Assembly: GCA_023920165.1 (NCBI GenBank)
Contig: CP089274.1
Coordinates: forward strand, 1,798,001 to 1,862,000
Direction: 5' to 3'
DNA from: Curvularia clavata
Taxonomy: Eukaryota
Length of the DNA stretch: 64,000 bases
The notes under the pieces are model-generated. The model saw only the letters and a list, made by a program, of their open reading frames with translations. It was not told the origin of the DNA and searched no databases. The position numbers and the translations under genes were made by a program. This document shows positions 63,204 to 64,000 of the stretch, piece by piece; position 1 is the first letter of the stretch, and each line of letters begins with the position of its first letter.

Positions 63204-64000
63204 CAAAAAGCAGGGAATAGTCACGTACTTTGTGGGGACGGACTGGAGAAGTGCCGCCCTTGCGCAGGAACGCTTGCACTTGTGCGGAGTGGGAGACTGG
63301 AGTTGATTCCATGGAATGTTCGTGTCGACTGCCATGCCTTCGATGGTCTCTGCGACCCCCGCACCCTCCGCAGCTACTGCAAGCTTATACATTGAGTAGC
63401 GTCTCTATAAGTAGACTTGCTTACTATTCGAAGAGAAATTTTATAGCATGGGAATTGAGATATACCCAGAGAAGTCCATACAAAGTATGGGGCGTCTATG
63501 TCTATACGTTAGCACGAGGCACAACGCTAAAACGTCGCGAGGTCGATGAACATATTAGGGGATTGGTCTAGTGCGATGTTGGGCGCATTCACTATTCGTG
63601 GAGGCCTGTTACGCGAGACGGTTGTGCGAGAGTATGCACTAACAGTAGACAATTGCAAAGCAAAGGCACTGCCGATGACACCGAGCAAACTTTCCATGCG
63701 GGTGAAGGCACACGAGACGAGTGTCGCAATGTCGCAATACATTTGCTAGCGGCGGCCCAACGTCATCGTCAGCACAGCCAATCACACGAGCTCCCACTCC
63801 GACCACGTTTCCTCCACCAAACGTGAGCACTATCGCGCCACAACATCACCACCTCGTGTACGGGGCTACTCTGCGCTCGGATGGGGGCACACAATCTTTC
63901 TTAGCTTTCTTGTCGCTTTAGCACAGCACCATGAGTCGACTCAAGCTCTATGTCACGGTAGCGACGGCTCCCCCTCACCAGACTCACACACCACACACAT

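Overview
This window is eukaryotic, from a filamentous ascomycete. It has short GT-AG introns with RCTRAC branch sites, and the proteins suggest a Dothideomycete/Pleosporales-like fungus (inference, not a database result). I can model about 22 protein-coding genes by hand, with introns: an Sro7/tomosyn homolog, an Rsc58-like protein, a PPR-like protein, an F-box-like protein, an atypical Zn-motif SDR, Pkr1, the AMSH deubiquitinase, aldose 1-epimerase, an Fcr1-like Zn2Cys6 factor, a tyrosine phosphatase, a PRISE-type SDR, Mon1, an ASPM/Sha1-like protein, a GST, two small secreted Cys-rich proteins, Bli-3, PDI, a PhyH dioxygenase, a GH32 fructofuranosidase and two hypothetical proteins. I found no tRNA, rRNA, CRISPR array or recognisable transposon. 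The main observations are: (1) the phosphatase TAG stop is followed in frame by 146 open codons ending in a tail-anchor helix, and its ATG is preceded by a 30-codon in-frame non-AUG stretch; (2) a 522-nt MON1 intron folds into a multi-domain structure whose ends pair; (3) a 63-aa six-Cys secreted peptide gene has a canonical 3'-UTR intron; (4) a 26-codon MGC...CaaX micro-ORF lies in a 3.85-kb gap between convergent genes.
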